Below, one piece after another: positions 36,862 through 48,767 of a DNA stretch of 64,000 nucleotides. The notes beneath the pieces were generated by a model that did not search any database, was not told the DNA's origin, and worked only from the letters and a program-made list of their open reading frames with translations. Each line of letters opens with the position of its first letter. The stretch's first letter is position 1. Source of the DNA: Blastocladiella emersonii ATCC 22665 (lineage: Eukaryota > Fungi > Blastocladiomycota); contig JANHCV010000001.1 in NCBI GenBank assembly GCA_025594325.1, positions 620,001-684,000 of the forward strand, given 5' to 3'. The translations under genes and the position numbers were made by a program.

Positions 36862-39800
36862 TTAGGCGATGCCAATGATCTTCTTGAGCTTGATGACGAG
36901 CGCCCAGTCCTCGCGGGACATGTCGGCCTTGAAGTTCTCCTTGAGCACGTCGATGGACTCGCGCGAGATCTTGGAGTAGAGCGTCTCCTTCTCGAGGAAG
37001 TGGCGGCCGACCATCTTGGGCGTCTCGTAGGGGGCGCACTCGATCTTGATGGCGACGCCGGCGCCGGACTGGCCCTTCTTGACAATCTCCATGGACTTGT
37101 GGTTCATCTCGATCGAGGTCACCTTGCCGATGGTGACCATCTGGCGCTCGGCGGTCGCGGGCGCGCCGGCGACGGGCGGCATGTAGACGGTGATGGGCGT
37201 GCCGACGCGGAGCGACCCTTCGACGACGTCGACGCCGAGGATGATGGGGTCGCGCTTGTTGAAGACGTGGATGATGCGGAGCGCGCACGGGAACACGGCG
37301 ACGGGGGCGGCGTCCTTCTTCTTCTGCTCGAGGAGCGCGTTGTGGTACGCCGTGAACTTGTCGAACAGGTGGTAGATGATGTCGGCCTTGAAGATCTGCA
37401 CGCCGACATCGTCGGCGTACTCCTGGGCCTCCTTCTCGACCTTGACGTCAAAGCACAGCATCACCGCGTACTCCTTGGCCGACTCGAGCATGACCGAGGC
37501 CTTGACCACGTCCTTGCGGTGGACGGGGCCAATGTTGATGCCGGACACGGGGATCTTCATGTCCTTGAGGAACGACAGCAGCGCCTCGAGCGAGCCCAGC
37601 GTCGACGCCTGCACCCACACGCCCTTGCCGGACTTGTCGACCGACGACAGCAGGTTGGCGAGGTCGGCCTGGACCTCGCGCATGAGCTCCTCCTCGTCGT
37701 CGTCGGGCTGGACGACGAGCAGGCGGGAACCCGCGACGGCCTTCTCGAGCCCGTTGGCCGAGATCTTGACGCCCATGGCGGCCTTGATCGACTTGTGGTG
37801 CACGTAGTTGGCCTTGACGCGGAGCTCGCGCAGCGGCTGCGGCGTGAGCAGGGCGCGCACGTTGGTGACAATGGGCCCGTCGAGCCCGCACACGACGATG
37901 CGGTCGTTCTCGTGTAGCACGCCGTTGGACAGGATCACGTCGATGGTGGTGCCCAGACCCTCGATGACCTTGACCTCGAGCACCGTGGCCTCGAGCTCGC
38001 CGACGTACATGAGCTTCTCGGACATGCGCGACTGCGTGAGGTGGACGAGCAGGTAGAGCAGGTCCGGGATGCCCTCGCCCGTGATGGCCGAGGTCGGCAC
38101 CAGCGACACGTACTTGGCCATGTTGCGGTTCTTGGTGTAGAGCTCGGCGTTGAGCGACTGCTCGGCGAGGGCGAGCTTGGTGCGCTGGAGCCGGTCCTCG
38201 AACTCCTTGACGACGCTGGGCTTCTGGCGCGCGAGCGACGCCTCGAACCCGCCGTTGGGCGTCGCGTCCCACCCGTAGATGCGGTCCATCTTGTTGAGCG
38301 CGACAATGAAGGGGGTCTTGCGCTGGCGCAGCAGGTTGAGCGACTCGATGGTCTGCGGCTCGAGCCCGTGCATGATGTCGATGACGAGGATCGCGATGTT
38401 GCACAGCGACGACCCGCGGGACCGCAGGTTCGTGAACGACTCGTGTCCGGGGGTGTCGATGACGAGCAGACCGGGCACCTTGATCTCGAGGTCCTCCTTG
38501 TTGAGCACCTCGACCTTCTTCTCGATGGCGTCGACGGGGAAGTAGGTGGCACCGATCTGCTGCGTGATCCCACCGGCCTCGCCCTCCTGCACGTTGGTCT
38601 GGCGGATCTTGTCGAGCAGCTTGGTCTTGCCCGTGTCGACGTGCCCGAGAATGCAGCAGATGGGCGAGCGCAGGTTGTCCTTGGACCGCGCGGCGAGGGC
38701 CGCCGAACGGCGCGCGTTGCGGCGCGCAGCGGCCTCGCGCCGGCGCGCCTCCTCGGCCTCGCGGCGCATCTTCTCCTGCGGCGTCTCCTCGTCCTCGGAG
38801 TCGTCCGAGTCCGAGTCGTCCCAGTCGGAGCCCGAGTCGGAGCCCGAGTCGGACGCCGAGTCCGAATCCGACTAGACACGATGCGCGCACGGGTTCGCGG
38901 GTGTTAGTCGCCGTTGTTGCGTGCGGATGCACGCGCCGAGCGCGAAGAGTCGATGCGTACCTCGGCAGCAGCAGCAGCCTTACCCTTGCCCTTGGTGGCA
39001 GCGGCGGCGGCGGGGGCAGCAGCCGACTTCTTGCCGGCAGCGGCAGCGGACTTGGCGGCGGGCTTCTCCTCCTCCTCGTCCTCGTCCTCGTCGCTGGACG
39101 ACGCGTCCCACGACTCCTTGACGTCCTCGGCGTCGTCCTCGTCCGACGACGCGTCCCAGGCGTCCTTGACGTCCTCGTCCTCCTCGTCCGAGTCGGCGGC
39201 GGCCGCGGCGGGGGACGCGAGGGCGGCTTCGGCGGCGATGAGCTTGGCGGCCTTCTTGGCGTCGGCGGCGGCCTTGGCGGCAGCGGCGGCCTTCTCCTCG
39301 GCGGCCTTGGCGTCGGCGGCGGCCTTGGCCTCCTTCTCGAGCTGCTTCTGGAGCTTGTAGTCGCCGGTCGCGGGGGCAGCCGCGGCAGCAGCGTCGGCGG
39401 CGGGCTCGGGCGACGCGGCCTTGTTGTTGTTGTTCTTGCGCTTGCGGTTCTCGTAGACGACGCGCTTCTTCTTGGGCGCCTCGCCCTCACCGTCTGCGCC
39501 GCCGTTCTGGGCGAGGGCGGGGACGACGACGCCGGCGTCGAGGAGCTGCTGGAGCTTGAGCGCGGCGCGCTGCTGGGCCTCCTTCTGGGCCTTGGTGAGG
39601 AGCTTGCCCTCCTTGCGGAGCTGCTCGCGCTTGGCCTTCTCCTTCTCCTTCTTGGCGCGCTTGGCCTCCTCGCGGGCCTTCTCCTCGGCCTCGGCGCGCA
39701 ACCGCTCCTCCTCCTCGCGCTTGCGCTCCTCCTCGGCGAGGCGCGCGGCCTCCTCCTCGGCGGCGCGCTGCGCGGCGAGCATCTTCTGCAGGGCGGCGAT

Positions 39801-40586
39801 GGGCGCACCGGGCTTGGCCTTCTTCTTGCCACCACCGGCAGCCGCCTTCTTGGCCTCGGCGTCGCGCTCCTTGGTCGCCTCGGCCTCGAGCAGCCGCTTG
39901 GCCTCGTCCTGCTTCTGCTTCTCGAGCTCCTTTTGCCGCTGCTTGCGCAGCTTCTCCTTTTCCTTCTTGGACAGCGGCTTCTTGTCGATGTCATCGACGT
40001 CGTCCTCGGCGGGGGTCGGGGACGCGGCGGCAGCGGGCTCCTTCTTGCCCGCGTTCTTGCCCTTCTTGCCGCCCTTGGCCTTGCGGTTGTCCTCGGGCCA
40101 CTCGTCCTCGGCGGCCGCGGGCGCGGGGGCCGCCTCGACGGCAGCAGCCTCGGCCTCGATCTCGGCGACAGCATCAGCGGGCAGGGCGGGGGCGGGGGCG
40201 GGGGCGGGCGCGGGCGACTGCTTTCCGCCCTTCTTGCCCTTCTTGCCCTTGGCGGCCTTGCGGTCATCCTCGGGCCACTCGTCCTCGGCGGACGCGGTCA
40301 CGGGCGCGGCCGGCGCTGGTGGCTCCTCGTCGGCCTCGTCGGCGGGCAGGGCGGGCGCGGGGGACTGCTTGCCGCCCTTCTTGCCCTTCTTGCCGCCCTT
40401 GGCCTTGCGGTCGTCCTCGGGCCACTCGTCCTCGGCCGAGGCCGTGACGGGGCCGGCGGGGGCCGTGGGCTCGGCCGGATCGGCCTCAGCAGCGGCGGCA
40501 GCGGGCGCGGCGGCGATCTCGTCGCCCTTGACGTCGTAGTCGTCCCACAACTGGTTCTTCTTTCCCTTCTTGCCCTTGGGCGGCAT
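36862..40586 (-). CDS. FUN12: Translation initiation factor eIF5B; intron 38872-38960
   Basis: [71 protein letters not shown] and SRESID..K; charged N-terminus starting MPPKGKK. Confidence 0.97.
40040..40440 (-). repeat. Three copies of an [22 protein letters not shown] motif in the eIF5B N-terminus
   Basis: Three near-identical DNA and protein units separated by Pro/Ala spacers. Confidence 0.9.
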
Positions 40587-40843
40587 GGCGGATGGTGGGC
40601 GGGTGTGTGCGGGGCGGGTGCCGTTGTGGATCGATCGACTCAACGAGAGAGAGAAGGAAACGACAGCGAGCCGCGGCAGCCGACACGGCAACGCCGCCCG
40701 TGTTTGGCGAGTGTGCGTCACGTGGCTCGTCGCGCGCGCGGCGCATCGCGTCCCTCTCTTCGCCCTCCCCTTCGTTGCGTCGCAAAAATACTCGGTCTGT
40801 ATGGATAATGGTGGTTGGGGATATGTACACGCTCTCTCTCTTT

Positions 40844-43534
40844 CTACTCGACGCCGATCTCGGCGCCCGAATCCGCGCGCTCGATCGACGCCCTCGCTTT
40901 CCGTCCCGGCGACCCGCCGGACTCGCCGCCGCCGCGTGCGAGCGGCGACGACCGCGTCGGCGGGCGCCCGCGCGGTGCGGGTGCCGGTGGTGCGAGCGCT
41001 TCGCGCGCGAGGAGCGATGTGCGCATCACCACGCTGCCGCCGGCGATGCCCGAGAAAAGGCCTGCGGGCGCGGGGGTGAAGTCGGACGAGGAGGAGGGGG
41101 TCGAGGGAGCGAGGCCGGCGCGGGAGAGGTCCGTTGGTGGTCTTGGTTCGGGCGAGGAGAGGGGTTCTTCTGGCACCGCGGCAGCCGCGGCCCACCGCTG
41201 CTTGCGCGACCGGTGCGCGAGCGTCGCGTCGATGGACCGCGACAGCGACCGGCGCGACTCGGAGTGTGCTGCGTCGCCCGCCGCCCGCGACCTCGAGCGC
41301 GAACCCCTCCGCTCCGCCGCCGCGAGCCGCGCGTTCCCCGTCCCGCGGAGCGCGAGGACCTCGCCCATATACCCCTTGGCGCCCGCGAGGTGCGGCGACG
41401 CGAGGAGGCGCCAGTGGAGCAGCGACATGTTGGCGGGCATCGAGTGTTCCGGGTACGGGCCGAGGTCCTGCTTGATGGGCGGGAGCGGGTCATGCGGCGC
41501 GGCGCCGGGGCTTGCGCGCTGCTTCATGGCGTCGACCGCGAGGAGCATGTTGCGGACCATGCTGAACCGGCGCGTCGCGACGTTCGCGATCCCCGAATCC
41601 GTCGACTCGGAGTTGGTCCGCGACCCGCGGCGCGACGCGCGCGCGGCGGCGGCCGCGGCGAGGGCGCCCATGCCCTGTACGTCTCCCTCGTCTTCCTCGT
41701 ACCCGCCACCCGCGGATGTCGGGGAGGTGGGCGGCGACGCCACGAGGCTCGCGAGCACGCTCGGGTCGTTCCCGTCGACGGCCGCGAGGACACGGGCCCC
41801 CGCCTCGTCTGCGCCGGCCGACGACGCGGATGCGGCCGACGACGCGACACTCGATGGGGCGACGGGCACCGCGCGCGCCGAGAGCGCCGACAGGAACGAG
41901 AGCGACAGACCGTCGTCGTCGCTCGCCCCGTACAGCCCCGCGGGCGTGCCGCGCGGTGGACGGGCCGCTGCAGTGGTCGCGGCGGGCGAGACGGCGGCCT
42001 TGGCCTTGAGCTTCCACCGCGACCACGGCGACACTTTCTCCCCGGCGGCCGCGTGCATGGCGGCGCGCTCGGCGAGGCGCGCGCGGAGGTTGCCCGTGAT
42101 GGGCCACGCGACGGGGGAGGTGGGCGACCGCGCGTACGCGGACGTCAGGACCGTCTGCGACGGCGGCGTCAAGTGGCGGCGGTGTTCGGCGCCGAGCATG
42201 CGGAGGCCGAGGTTCGCCGATGACGGTTCCTCGTCGTCGTCGCTGGCGAGATCCTCGACCTCGCCTTCCGCGGCGACGTCGGACCCGAACAGACCCGCGG
42301 CAGCCGCGGCAGCGCGGTCGGCGAGCGCCGAGTCGTCCGTCTGGACGCCGGCGTCGCACGTGTCGAAGGTGAAGGGCGCGTGGAACGCGTCGTCGGGGGT
42401 CGCGCCGAGCCGCTCGAGTTCCGAGACGAACGAAAGGTCCTCCCCGCCGGGCCCCGTCCCCGCGTCGCTGCGGGTACTCGACCGCTCCTCCTCGAGGAAC
42501 TGGAGCTCCTCGCGCGCCGCGCGCAGGAGGGCGTCGTACTCGTCGAGGTCGCGGGCGAGCTCGTCGATGCGGCGGCGGTGCTCGAACTCGCGGGCCTCGG
42601 CCTCGCGAATTTTCGCCTTGAGGATCTCGTTCTCGAGCGCGAGCTGCTGCTCGGCCTCGTGCTCGCGGCGCATGACGGCTTCCATGGCGGACCGCTCGTG
42701 CGTCACGTACGACCGCTGTTTCGCGAGCTCCGACTTCAGCGCCGCGTTCTCGTCGCCCATGACCTCGAGCTCGGCCTCGGCTTTCGCGGCGCGCGCTGCC
42801 AGGCCCGCGAGGTCGCGTTCCGCGCGGCGGAGCTGTGCGGCATCGGCCTCGAGGTCCGCCGCGTGCGAGGTGGCCGAGGCGAGTTGGGCGTGCAGCGCCT
42901 CGCACTCGGCGTGCCAGTGCCGCACCTCGTCGGCCTGCCGCCGCGTCTCCCGGCGGAGGTCCTCGATCAGCACGTCCTGCTCGCCCATCTGCGACGAGCT
43001 CGCGCGCGCCGTCAGGTCGAGCTGGCGCTCCAGCAGGTTGCGTGCTGACTCGCTGTCGTTGAGCTACACGCATGCGGGGTCGTTAGACCATGGCCGACAG
43101 TAGACTTCCCCGCGAATGATCAGTACCCGCTGCTCGAGCAAATGCTCTCTCTCCGCGGCCGCGAGCCACTTTCCCTCGGCGACCTCCTTTTCCTGGAGCA
43201 GCTCGTACCCGAGCTGGGCGACGATCAGGAGGTCCTCGACGGTCGGCGGCGTCGGGCCCACACTGCCATCGCTCGACGACTCGCTCGCCGACGACGACGT
43301 GTCGAGGATCCCCGCGCGCGTCAGCACCGAGTGCAGGATGTTGAGGGTGCGGTTGCGCGCAAGCGCCATGGCCGACGGCGACATGGGCCGGCGCGGCGGC
43401 GCGGAAAAGTCGGCGCCCGAGGACGAGTAGACGGCGGGGACTCGAGAAGAGGAGGAGAAGCCGTGGTCGTCGTCGTCGATCGTGAGCCGCGGCGAGGTCG
43501 AGCCGTAGTCGGCGTCGGGGTCGGTGGATGCCAT
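40844..43534 (-). CDS. Long coiled-coil protein with CC1-box-like and Spindly-like motifs (candidate motor adaptor); intron 43064-43126
   Basis: EDLLIVAQLGYELLQEKE, then ~240 aa of mostly heptad-rich sequence, then GEDLSFVSELERLG, then a disordered Ser/Ala tail. Joins ORFs 43064..43831 and 40844..42988 via a GTACTG...TAG intron. Confidence 0.75.
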
Positions 43535-44182
43535 GGAACGGGCGGGCAGGGACCGGGGTGTTGTTGTTGCTGTAGTTGTGCGACCGCGAGGGGTATCGTG
43601 TGGGGGTGCGAGTGCAGCAAGTCGCCGGCCGCGAAAGTTACGTTGCAGAGCGAGGTGGGGGATGAGTTGCGATGGAGGGGAGGAGAAGGGATGCAAGGAC
43701 GGCAAACTCAAGTGGCGGCGGCGCACAGGCGGCGGCGGCGGGCGCTCCCACACCGTCTCCAACTCGACGGTCCGAAACGCTGTGGCGACCACGACTTGGG
43801 GTCTCGCTGGTTTCGCGCTTCGACTGGTCACAGCCAGTGGCGAGGAGGGCGATACTTCGTGGTGGGGGCGATGGTGCGAGGGCGACGATGGTGAGCCTTG
43901 GGCGGATCAGGCGCCTCGTCGGCTCCGCCCAGCGTTGCGAACGATACCTTCACCACGACACCACGAGGTGTTGGTGCCCGGCCGACTTGCCGCGGACGCA
44001 AAGGCGTGAGACACGGAGGAGACATTCGGCCAACGCGGTCACGCCCTTGCAGCGTGACGCGGGGGCGGCGGGGCGCCGACCTGATCGCCGCGTCGTCGCT
44101 GTGCTTCCGCGCCCCCTCCCTCCTCTCCTCTCTCCCCCACACCGCGACCTGTCGTGCCACCCACCACCCCCTGCAACGTATC

Positions 44183-44918
44183 ATGTCCGAGCTCCTGTCC
44201 AACCCGCGCGGCATCCCGCAGGCCCCCTTTGTCGAGAAGGTCGAGGCGTACATCTCGGGCTCGGTCGAGGCCACCATGGCCAAGCTCGACGAGATGACCA
44301 AGTATGCCGTTCCCTCTTGCGTTATCGCCCCCCTGATTTGCTGCTCACACGCTGGTCGGTGTGCAGGAAGTACAAGTTCATGGAGCAGAACCTCCGCCAG
44401 CGCCACGCGTCGCTGTCGTCCAAGATCCCCGAGATCCGCACTACCCTGCAGACGGTCCGCATGCTGATTGCCCAGAACGTTCGTATTGCTCTCTTTCACA
44501 CCCTCGACCAAGACTGACCACCCGCCACGCTGCACAGGAGTCGGGCGAGCCCCTCGAGACCAACTTCGAGCTCAACGACACGCTGTTTGCCAAGGCCGTG
44601 GTCGAGGCCACGCCGACGGTGAACATCTGGCTCGGCGCCAACGTGATGCTCGAGTACCCGATCGCCGAAGCCGAGGAGCTGCTCGCCACCAAGCTCGCCC
44701 AAGCAACAACCTCGCTGCAGCAGGTCGACGAGGACCTCGAGTTTCTCCGCGAGCAGATCACCACCATGGAGGTCAGTACGTATCGTTTTTCCCTTTCTTC
44801 TTTGGTGGAGTCTCTCGTCGCGTCCACTAACCAGTCGCGCACCCGGATAGACGTCGCGCGCGTCTACAACTGGGACGTGCAGCAGCGAAAGAAGGCGCCC
44901 AAGCCTGTCGCCGCCTGA
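44183..44918 (+). CDS. PAC10: Prefoldin subunit 3 (VBP1/Pac10/Gim2); 3 introns
   Basis: NPRGIPQAPFVEKVEAY, KYKFMEQNL, SKIPEIRTTL, TNFELNDTLFAKA, VNIWLGANVMLEYPIAEAEELL, LEFLREQITTMEV, ARVYNWDV. Confidence 0.95.
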
Positions 44919-44977
44919 TCGCCTTTTCACGCCCAGACACCTGTATCTCACACAGTACATGTATTTCACATCTCACC

Positions 44978-45955
44978 TCACCTTTCGCCACCTGCCCGCG
45001 TCAACGCCTCGCTCGAGTCCTCGACATCCTCCTCGTCCTCTTCGACCACATCCGCGATCGTGATCGCTCGTCGTGCCACCACCACCGCACGGCGCACCGG
45101 CGGCGCCGCCGCTTTTTTCGCCGGCTGCGCGACGGGCGCTGCCGCATGCCGCGTGCTCCCCGGGATCAGGATCCGCACCGCCGCCGCCGGCGCCACCGCG
45201 TTCTGGCGCACCCCCGACCGCGTCGCGGGGCCCGTCGGCGACGGCAGCTGCAGCACGACCGACGGCAGCTGGGCGCGCGCGCGCGGGGTCGAGGTGTCAT
45301 CGTCGCTATCGCTGTCGCTCTCCCGCCCTGCCGATGTGCGCCGCGGCGAGACGGCAGCGGTACCGCTTGGCCGGTGGTGTGTTGCGAACGGGAGCGCGGA
45401 CCGGCCGGGGCTCCTTGGCGACGGCGAAGAGGGGGTTGGGGAGGGGGAGGTCGGCGACGTTGGCGCCTTGGTGTACTGCTGGTACTGCAGGATCGACACC
45501 CACGTGCCCTGCACCGCGGTGCGCAGGAAGCCGGGGACGGCGGCGGCGGGGGTGCCGGGGTCGGTCGGCGAGTCGATGGTTGGTGAGGCGGCGGAACTTG
45601 GTGTGGGTGTAGCGCACGCGCTGCTGCCGCCGCGCAGCGAGCTCGACAGGAACGCAGACGCCGGCACGCGTTTCGCGTTGAGGTCGAGCGACGGGCGCTT
45701 GAGCGGGGTGGCGGACGTCGGCGACGCCGCTGACGGGGATGGAGACCGCGACGGTGACGGCGAGTCGTAGCCGAACAGCGACCATCTACGCTGCAGGTCG
45801 CCGCCAAGGCCGCCCGGGTCGCTCGGCAAATGCACGCCGTGCGGGTGCTGCGCGAGCTCGGCGAGCCGGCGCTTGTGCGTGTAGTAGACGCGCAGCGCGA
45901 CGAGCGCCACCGCGCACCCGACGGCCAGGATGATGGGGAGCGGTTGCACCGACAT
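44978..45955 (-). CDS. Hypothetical protein with N-terminal TM anchor and S/P-rich disordered tail
   Basis: MSVQPLPIILAVGCAVALVALRVYYTHKRR followed by low-complexity sequence; single exon; fills the gap between PAC10 and the SET gene. Confidence 0.6.
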   Translation of the reverse strand: MSVQPLPIILAVGCAVALVALRVYYTHKRRLAELAQHPHGVHLPSDPGGLGGDLQRRWSLFGYDSPSPSRSPSPSAASPTSATPLKRPSLDLNAKRVPASAFLSSSLRGGSSACATPTPSSAASPTIDSPTDPGTPAAAVPGFLRTAVQGTWVSILQYQQYTKAPTSPTSPSPTPSSPSPRSPGRSALPFATHHRPSGTAAVSPRRTSAGRESDSDSDDDTSTPRARAQLPSVVLQLPSPTGPATRSGVRQNAVAPAAAVRILIPGSTRHAAAPVAQPAKKAAAPPVRRAVVVARRAITIADVVEEDEEDVEDSSEALTRAGGER

Positions 45956-46175
45956 GGCACGGTCTGTTAGAGAGTGTTCATTCTTAGGCGTAGCGTAGCG
46001 TGTGCGTGGATCGAGGGCGGCGGCGACGAGGACGAGGCGCGACGCGTCTCGCGTCCACGCAGAGGGTGCGAGACAACGGGCCACGTGACGGCCGCCGGGT
46101 GCGGCCCAGGGGGTCTCGCATCGCGCGCCGCGGAGATCGGAGCGCTCTCCGTCTCCCCTTTCCGTGCAGACAACC

Positions 46176-47890
46176 ATGGACGCAATGAACGATCGGCAAC
46201 CCGCAACCGACTTTGACGCGCGCAACGCCGCGTTCCTCGCGTTCCTGCGCGCCGAGGGCGCCGCCGTGTCGGACGCGGTCGCGATCCGCGACTACTCGGC
46301 CGAGCACGCCGGCCGCGGCGTCGCCGCCACGCGCGATGTCGCCGCCGACGAGCAGCTGTTCGCGCTGCCGTACTCGGCGTGCCTCGGCGTCGAGACGTCG
46401 CGCGCCGCGGGATGGATCAAGGAGCATCCCGAGCTCGCGGAGAACGGGTGGGCGCCTGTCATTCTGGCCGTGCTGTACGAGCTCGCGTTCGCGGACACGT
46501 CCAAGTTCAAGCCGTACTTTGGTACGCTCTCTCCCTCGATGTTTTCGTTGAGATGTTGGCTGACTGACGAGAACAGACATCCTGCCCAGCACGCTCGACA
46601 CGCCCATCTTCTGGACCGCGTCCGAGCTCGCGCTGCTCGAGGGCACGGACGTGGTGCGGCGCATGGCCAAGGAGGAGTCGGACAGCATGTACCACTCGCT
46701 GCTGCTGCCCGTGGTGCGCCAGCACGTCCCCGAAAACGACTGGCCGCGCTTCTCCATCGACCGCTTCTACTTTGCCGCCTCGCTGCTCATGGCGTACGGG
46801 TTCCACCCGGGCCACATCCCGGGCGTCCACTCCGCGCCCACCGAGGAGGACGAGAGCGACGACGAGGAAGAGGAGGAGGAAGACGCGCTCCCGATCCTCG
46901 TCCCGCTCGCCGACACCCTCAACGCCGTGCACCCGTCGACGGCGCACCTCGAGCACGACGCCGACGCGCGCCTCCTGCGCATTCACGCGACCGCCGACGT
47001 GTCTGCTGGAAGCCAGATCTTCAACACGTACGGCGACCACGGTACCAGCGAGCTCCTCCGCCGCTACGGCTACGTCGAGTGGACCAACGCCTTTGACGCC
47101 GTCACGCTCGACGGGCCCGCCCTCCTCGAGCTCGCCGCCGCCGCGATCGCCACGTCGTGGGGCAAGAAGATGAAGGAGAAGGAGATTGAGGCGGAGCTCG
47201 AGAAGCGCGTACGTTGTCCCGCTAACCTCGCCATCGGCAAGCGACTGACTTTTGGAGTGGTAGGTCGACTTCCTCTCGGAAATCGACGTCTTCGAAGACG
47301 AATTCGAGGTCTCGCGCGACCGCCCCGTCCCCGCGGACCTCGTCCTGTCCGCAAAACTTCTCCTTGCCGACCCGGACACGTACCGCGCCGCGAAAAAGGA
47401 CCCGTCGCGCGTCTTCCCGACCCTCGAGTCCTACACGTCCGCGGCGCCCACCGACCGCGTCGCCGCGCCCGTGCACCTCACCCGCGCCGAAGCGGACCTC
47501 CTCGTCGCCCTCGCCGACCACCGACTCGCCATGTACCCCGCCGACACGCCCGCGGACGGTGTCGCGGTTGAGGAGTGTGCGGGGATCGCGGAGTTCGTGG
47601 ACAAGGTCAACGAGGTGGCGGGGACCGGCGGTGTGCGTGCGGCGTACGCGGCCTTTGTGCGGCGTGTTGAGCGCGGGCTCGTCCGCCGGCTCCGCGACGC
47701 GGTCGTGGGCGCGGGGACGGTCAAGACGTGGGATGTCGCGCGCAAGGAAGCGGACAAGGAGGTCGAGGGACAGGAGGAGGTCGGCAAGGTCGTGGTCGTC
47801 GAGCAGGCCGATTACGGCGTCGCCAAGAAGCGCGCGGCCGAGGCGCCGGCGGCCGCGGGGAAGCACGGCAAGAAGGCCAAGCGGAAGTAG
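46176..47890 (+). CDS. SET-domain lysine methyltransferase (SETD6/Rkm4-like); 2 introns (~46.52-46.58 and ~47.21-47.26 kb)
   Basis: AGRGVAATRDV, WAPVILAVLYE, SKFKPYF, TPIFW, LVPLADTLNA and GSQIFNTYGDHGTSELLRRYGYV. Confidence 0.85.
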
Positions 47891-48136
47891 AGACGAGTCG
47901 GAATACACTACTTTGTCACGAGTACTGAAGGTGGCCTTGATGAAGCGGGGAAGTGGGAAGTGTGATGAGCCTGAGAAAGCTCTCTCTGGTCGAGAGCCAG
48001 GCTGATGAAGCTCGTGATGGAGATAGAGCTCGACCGCGAGCGCTCGTTGTATGACGCTGCGAGATCAGCACTTGGACTGACCGACGCTTGCTCTCGTTCT
48101 CCCCGCCTCATAAATGAACCGAGCTTTGATTTCGCC

Positions 48137-48532
48137 ATGCAACCTAAGGAAAACTCACCATGCTTGCCCAGACTACGATATGAACTACTCGAGCTGATCG
48201 CGGCGTCAGACCTCTCTGTTGCGGACCGCCTCGCCCTTCGCGCAACGTGCTGCACGATCCTTGCCAGCCCACTTTGGCGTGCGCACATCGAATGCGTAGT
48301 GTTCCGAATACACACTAGATTTCCTTGTTCCTGCCAAGCTTTACGTAAAGTGAATGCTCTTACGCCAAGACATTCATTCACGCGCAATCGCGCGGCGAGA
48401 CCGCAGCGAGGAGCGAGACGCGTTGGTCAAACGCACGTGACGCCTGGGAAATGGCAATGCCTGTTTCTCGCGCTTCGCGTGTCGCCTCGCTCTCTAGCCG
48501 TAAAGCAAATGCACATGAGTCGCACTATGTAA
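48137..48532 (+). pseudogene. F-box-like stub (truncated gene)
   Basis: LPRLRYELLELIAASDLSVADRLALRATC resembles an F-box; no substrate-binding domain follows. Confidence 0.45.
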
Positions 48533-48767
48533 CCTGATGAAACTGCTCCCCGGCTACTACGGCTATTCGATGAGCTAGCTACTCGAAAGGCGGCGGGGCC
48601 CTGCCGCTGAAGAGGCTCTTCAGAGCCAGTGAACTTTGGATGCGCAAAACAATGTATTTTTAATCATGGATACCGAGGTCGCTGAGGGGATCCTGAACAC
48701 GGTCCATATTCTAGTTGTTGAGAATTCTTTTGAGTTGCTCATGGTGGGTGAACGGCTAGCTGGTAAT

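Noticed and set aside
38901-40808. 635-aa hydrophobic L/G-rich ORF that looks like a membrane protein
   Set aside because: Reverse-complement translation of the K/E/A-rich eIF5B N-terminus.
47935-48080. Several TGATGA/CTGA words suggesting a C/D snoRNA
   Set aside because: Box spacing is wrong, with no terminal stem and no recognisable rRNA guide.
48620-48742. Short ORF (MSNSKEF...) after the helicase stop as a possible extra exon or partner
   Set aside because: No canonical donor near the helicase end and no motif.
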